Positions 34,856 to 38,003 of a stretch of DNA of 38,003 nucleotides are shown one piece after another. The position numbers and the translations under genes were made by a program. Each line of letters begins with the position of its first letter. The stretch's first letter is position 1. The notes under the pieces are model-generated. The model was not told the DNA's origin, did no database searches, and worked only from the letters and a program-made list of their open reading frames with translations. The stretch comes from Patescibacteria group bacterium (GTDB lineage Bacteria; Patescibacteriota; Microgenomatia; UBA10105; UBA927): assembly GCA_038064255.1 (NCBI GenBank), contig JBBTTM010000013.1:1-38003 (forward strand), read 5' to 3'.

Positions 34856-36200
34856 CCGGCATGGTTACGTCGGTGAGTCCCAGATTTTCAGATATTTTTT
34901 GGGACAGAGAGGTTCTCGGTCCGTCTTCTCCGTGAGTGAGGAATACTTTTTTTACGTTTTTTATGTGTTTTAGCCATTGCAGTAGTTGCTTCTGGTCTGC
35001 ATGAGAGCTCATGGCTTGAGTATTACCTACGGTACAATTTACCGGTACGGGAACACGGTCTATCGTTACGAGTTTTTCTCCTTCCATAAGTGCACGGCCG
35101 AGTGTTTCTTCGCCCTGGTAGCCCACGATAAATAATCGAGTGGATGCGATTGGAAGGTAGTGTGCGGCATGTCCTAAGACTCTACCTCCTGTCATCATGC
35201 CGCTGCCGGCTATGATGACCTTCGGACCCGGAGTTGCATGGAGTCTTTTACTGTCTTTTCCTTTGGAAATAATTTCAAGCCCAGGGAATGTAAATGGATT
35301 GTTTGAAATAAATTCACTTTGGATGTGATCATTAAATATTGTTGGATATTTGTCATAAATATATGTTGCTTTTTCAGCCATAGGATTATCGAGAAATATT
35401 GGTGTTTGCGCTTGTATTTTCCCATCTTTTTTTAGATGCATGATCATATGGAGAAGTTCCTGTGTTCTGTCGAGGGCAAATGCGGGGATAAGAAGTGTCC
35501 CGCCGGAAGACTCTATGGCTTGTATCTCGGAAAGAAGTGCATCGGAGGAGATTTCTCCTGGGTGTAGACGGTCGCCGTACGTAGACTCCATGACGACCGC
35601 GTCGGCATCATCTACCAGTTCTGTTTCCTTGAGTAAATCTTCAGGTGAGTTGCCTAGATCTCCGCTAAATACTATCTTTTTTATCTCAGAATCGGCAGAG
35701 CTGTCTACTATTTCAAGCAGTGCAGAGCCCAAGATGTGTCCGGCATCTTTCATCGTGATCATGAAATTGCCGATAGTAACGGGCGTATGATACTGGGTAG
35801 TTTTAAATCGGGCAAATGTTTGTTCTGCCAGATTTGTATCAAATAAGATATGGCTTTTCTCCTGATATTTTGCCAGTTTTGCACTATCAATGAGTGATAC
35901 TTCTGTCAGTTCCAGGGTGGACGGCGTCATCCAGATGTTTCCGGTAAATCCTTTTGGTAAAAGTATCGGGAGCCTTCCGCAGTGGTCGAGGTGAGCGTGC
36001 GTGAGGATAGCACCGGAGAGCTTGGTACAGTCAAAGTCATAGGGATCATAGTTTAGTGCGTCGATTTTTTGAGTTCCTAAAAACATTCCGAGATCTATGA
36101 GGATCGATTGACCGGATCCTGAAGTCAGAACATACGAAGATCCAGTCACGGTTCCTGCCGCACCGAGAAATTTTATTTTCATATATTTAGTGTACCTCAT
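34830..36200 (-). CDS. Metallo-beta-lactamase / beta-CASP family RNA-metabolising hydrolase
   Basis: KFLGAAGTVTGS, HAHLDHCGRLP, beta-CASP-like ESTYGD, and C-terminal SSHAD ... LTHGE. The start may be the ATG at 36182 (MKIKFLG). Confidence 0.85.
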   Translation of the reverse strand: MRYTKYMKIKFLGAAGTVTGSSYVLTSGSGQSILIDLGMFLGTQKIDALNYDPYDFDCTKLSGAILTHAHLDHCGRLPILLPKGFTGNIWMTPSTLELTEVSLIDSAKLAKYQEKSHILFDTNLAEQTFARFKTTQYHTPVTIGNFMITMKDAGHILGSALLEIVDSSADSEIKKIVFSGDLGNSPEDLLKETELVDDADAVVMESTYGDRLHPGEISSDALLSEIQAIESSGGTLLIPAFALDRTQELLHMIMHLKKDGKIQAQTPIFLDNPMAEKATYIYDKYPTIFNDHIQSEFISNNPFTFPGLEIISKGKDSKRLHATPGPKVIIAGSGMMTGGRVLGHAAHYLPIASTRLFIVGYQGEETLGRALMEGEKLVTIDRVPVPVNCTVGNTQAMSSHADQKQLLQWLKHIKNVKKVFLTHGEDGPRTSLSQKISENLGLTDVTMPVMNQEIRL

Positions 36201-36226
36201 AGGCGCTTATACTGTCGCTTTTTCTT

Positions 36227-36439
36227 GTGTATAATCCGGATATGGACAGTATGTATCCCACGAGAGATGAATTAGCGCCGGGGATGAGTGTCGTGATCAT
36301 AGAAAAGCACAATCAGCAGTCGGGTATAGAATCGACTGGCATCGTCGAGAGGATTTTATCTCCCGGTTTTTCCCATCCGCATGGCATCAAGGTTATTCTA
36401 AGAGATGGCAGAGTCGGACGCGTGAAGCGGATTGGATAA
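36227..36439 (+). CDS. YwbE-family small protein (DUF2196)
   Basis: GIVERILSPGFSHPHGIKVILRDGRVGRVKRI matches the family signature. Confidence 0.8.
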   Translation: MYNPDMDSMYPTRDELAPGMSVVIIEKHNQQSGIESTGIVERILSPGFSHPHGIKVILRDGRVGRVKRIG

Positions 36440-36499
36440 GAATAGTAGAGTTTATTCGACGTATTTTTTAATGGAGGCATAAAATTTGTTGCTTTTGAC

Positions 36500-36558
36500 T
36501 TGACTAAAGTCAATAAAACATGATATTATGTTGCCATTGATATGACTAAAGTCAATAA
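36500..36558 (+). promoter_or_regulatory. Predicted fic promoter with two copies of the 16-bp box TGACTAAAGTCAATAA, whose core is the palindrome TGACT-AA-AGTCA
   Basis: Box 1 at 36501-36516 overlaps the -35 TTGACT (36500-36505). An 18-nt spacer leads to TATTAT (36524-36529). Box 2 at 36543-36558 overlaps the start codon and codons 2-6. The boxes are 42 bp apart. Confidence 0.55.
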
Positions 36559-37726
36559 GTTAGAAATTGGTAGATATATTTTGCAGAAAGAAGGCTATAA
36601 AGCCTTTACTCCATTTGTTTTCCCGCCCAAAAGTGGTTTTGTTATTAGCCCACAGCTACATAAAAAACATGAGGAAGCCATTCGTTTGGTCGGTAAGCTA
36701 GACGGTATTACAAGGTTATTGCCCGATAAGAATTTTTTCCTGCTCATGTTTATTAAAAAAGATGCCGCATATTCAAGCCAAATTGAAGGAACGAAAGCTA
36801 CATTACAAGATGCGGTTGCTGAACCTGTGACTGAAGAAAAATCCCGATTGCATTCGGATGTTGATGACATCATGCACTGCGTTTCAGCAATAAACTACGG
36901 TATTGAACGGGTAAAAACATTACCTATTTCATTTCGTTTGATTCGGGAAATTCATGAAAAATTAATGACAGGAGCTCGTTCGACTCAGCATGCGTATCCC
37001 GGTGAATTTCGTCATTCCCAAAATTGGATAGGCGGTAAAACACCTGTGGATGCATCATTTGTGCCGCCAGCCCCCGAAGATATGGAAAACTCATTAGCGG
37101 ATCTGGAAAAATTTATCCATACAGACGATCAATACCCTTCTCTTGTAAAGGTTGGTTTGATCCATGCGCAATTTGAAACGATCCATCCTTTTGTCGATGG
37201 TAATGGTCGGACAGGAAGAATGCTTATTGCATTATATATGTATCATGCTGGTTTACTGGAGCTTCCTGTATTATATCTATCGAGTTATTTTAAAAAATAT
37301 CAAAAAGTGTATTATCAAAAACTCGATGGGTATCATGACGAAGATGCGCAAGTAGATGCATGGCTGGAGTTTTTCATTGAGGGAGTCGCTGAAATTGCAA
37401 AGGCTTCAATCGACACATGTACAAAAATAACTGAGTTAAGGGATCGGGATTTTGCAGCAATGGAAAAACTTGGTAAAAAATCAGCTGCGTCAACTTTGGA
37501 GATAGTTCAGAAGTTATTTAGTCAGCCTATCGTTGGAATTGCTGAAATTATGGAATGGACAGGATTTTCGAAACAAGGTGCGTATAACGTGATAGGTCGT
37601 TTGCAGAATCTTAAAATTTTAGAGCCTTTAGGTGACATGAGTTATGGACAAAAATACGTATATGCAGATTATTATGAGATATTTGATGATGTTTTTAGGT
37701 TACGGCGCGCACAAGACAAGAGATGA
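36542..37726 (+). CDS. Fic/Fido-domain protein (putative AMPylase), class II with an N-terminal inhibitory helix and a C-terminal winged-helix domain
   Basis: HPFVDGNGRTGR (37184-37219). SSQIEG, i.e. (S/T)xxxE(G/N), at 36773-36790. The C-terminal ~90 aa is wHTH-like. Confidence 0.9.
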   Translation: MTKVNKLEIGRYILQKEGYKAFTPFVFPPKSGFVISPQLHKKHEEAIRLVGKLDGITRLLPDKNFFLLMFIKKDAAYSSQIEGTKATLQDAVAEPVTEEKSRLHSDVDDIMHCVSAINYGIERVKTLPISFRLIREIHEKLMTGARSTQHAYPGEFRHSQNWIGGKTPVDASFVPPAPEDMENSLADLEKFIHTDDQYPSLVKVGLIHAQFETIHPFVDGNGRTGRMLIALYMYHAGLLELPVLYLSSYFKKYQKVYYQKLDGYHDEDAQVDAWLEFFIEGVAEIAKASIDTCTKITELRDRDFAAMEKLGKKSAASTLEIVQKLFSQPIVGIAEIMEWTGFSKQGAYNVIGRLQNLKILEPLGDMSYGQKYVYADYYEIFDDVFRLRRAQDKR

Positions 37727-37785
37727 GTAGTTGAAAGCTAAAGACCCAGATTCCTTCGCATTTTCCATTGCTGTACAATGAGTAT

Positions 37786-38003
37786 ATGGATGAAATTATT
37801 TCATGCCCCGCGTGTCACATTTCGGTAAGGCCGACGGATTATTTTTGCTTCAACTGTGGGAAAAATCTGCATGAAGCCCCGCCCGGGACGGCTCCAGAGG
37901 ATCAGATAAAGCTGTACCTCGGAAGTGTCTTTCTCGCACCCATGGGGATCGTCTGGGGTCTAAAGTATCTGCGTCAGGAGGATCAGAAATCCAAAATTGT
38001 CGG
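37786..38003 (+). CDS. Zinc-ribbon domain protein, N-terminal 72 aa; the 3' end lies outside the window
   Basis: The ATG at 37786 opens MDEIISCPACHISVRPTDYFCFNCGKNLHE (CPxC...CxxC), followed by a hydrophobic segment. The frame is still open at the window edge. Confidence 0.6.
   Translation, partial: MDEIISCPACHISVRPTDYFCFNCGKNLHEAPPGTAPEDQIKLYLGSVFLAPMGIVWGLKYLRQEDQKSKIV

Noticed and set aside
1-38003. Looked for CRISPR arrays, rRNA genes, integrases, transposases or toxin-antitoxin pairs anywhere in the window.
   Set aside because: I saw no regularly spaced repeats and no rRNA-like conserved blocks, and no ORF has recombinase or transposase motifs. The only mobile-DNA-like signals are the short palindromic inserts and the tRNA-end repeat reported above.
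1-38003. Possible alternative genetic code (UGA recoded, as in some CPR lineages).
   Set aside because: Well-conserved genes end at sensible lengths on TGA (sufB at 24615-24617), and I noticed no in-frame TGA interrupting recognisable domains. The standard bacterial code fits.

Overview
The window is AT-rich and gene-dense, with about 36 CDS and one tRNA, read in the standard genetic code. Gene content and the small GC-rich palindromic inserts suggest a small-genome, possibly CPR/Patescibacteria-like bacterium; that placement is low-confidence inference. In order the window holds: (1) a copper cluster, made of the 3' end of a P1B ATPase, an HMA/6-TM/double cupredoxin-like fusion, a CopZ-like chaperone and a full CopA; (2) three alpha/beta-hydrolase genes around a tRNA-Gln(CUG) whose 3' end is repeated 101 bp downstream; (3) a small M42-like protein sitting between a decayed copy and the intact copy of the 5' end of an EamA transporter gene; (4) a PAP2 phosphatase, a Zn/Mn ABC importer, a cyclophilin and UppP; (5) the most unusual locus, 16029-20673, where two TasA/camelysin-like secreted proteins flank a 1043-aa protein. 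That protein fuses a SipW-type (S26B) signal peptidase to an internal SipW-cognate-like signal peptide and a large CBM-like/Ig-like/FN3/lamin-tail-domain ectodomain. After it come (6) a SAM methyltransferase; (7) PIG-L deacetylase, sufC, sufB, a short sufD, a Rieske protein, sufS and sufU, then a ferredoxin and a 2-oxoacid:ferredoxin oxidoreductase; (8) lon behind a sigma70-like promoter overlapped by a CIRCE-like inverted repeat; (9) a beta-lactamase-like hydrolase, a YgjP-like peptidase, DUF4112, a beta-CASP MBL nuclease, YwbE, a class II Fic protein with duplicated palindromic boxes, and a partial zinc-ribbon gene. I saw no CRISPR array, rRNA, integrase or transposase. All family assignments come from motifs read by eye, not from database searches.
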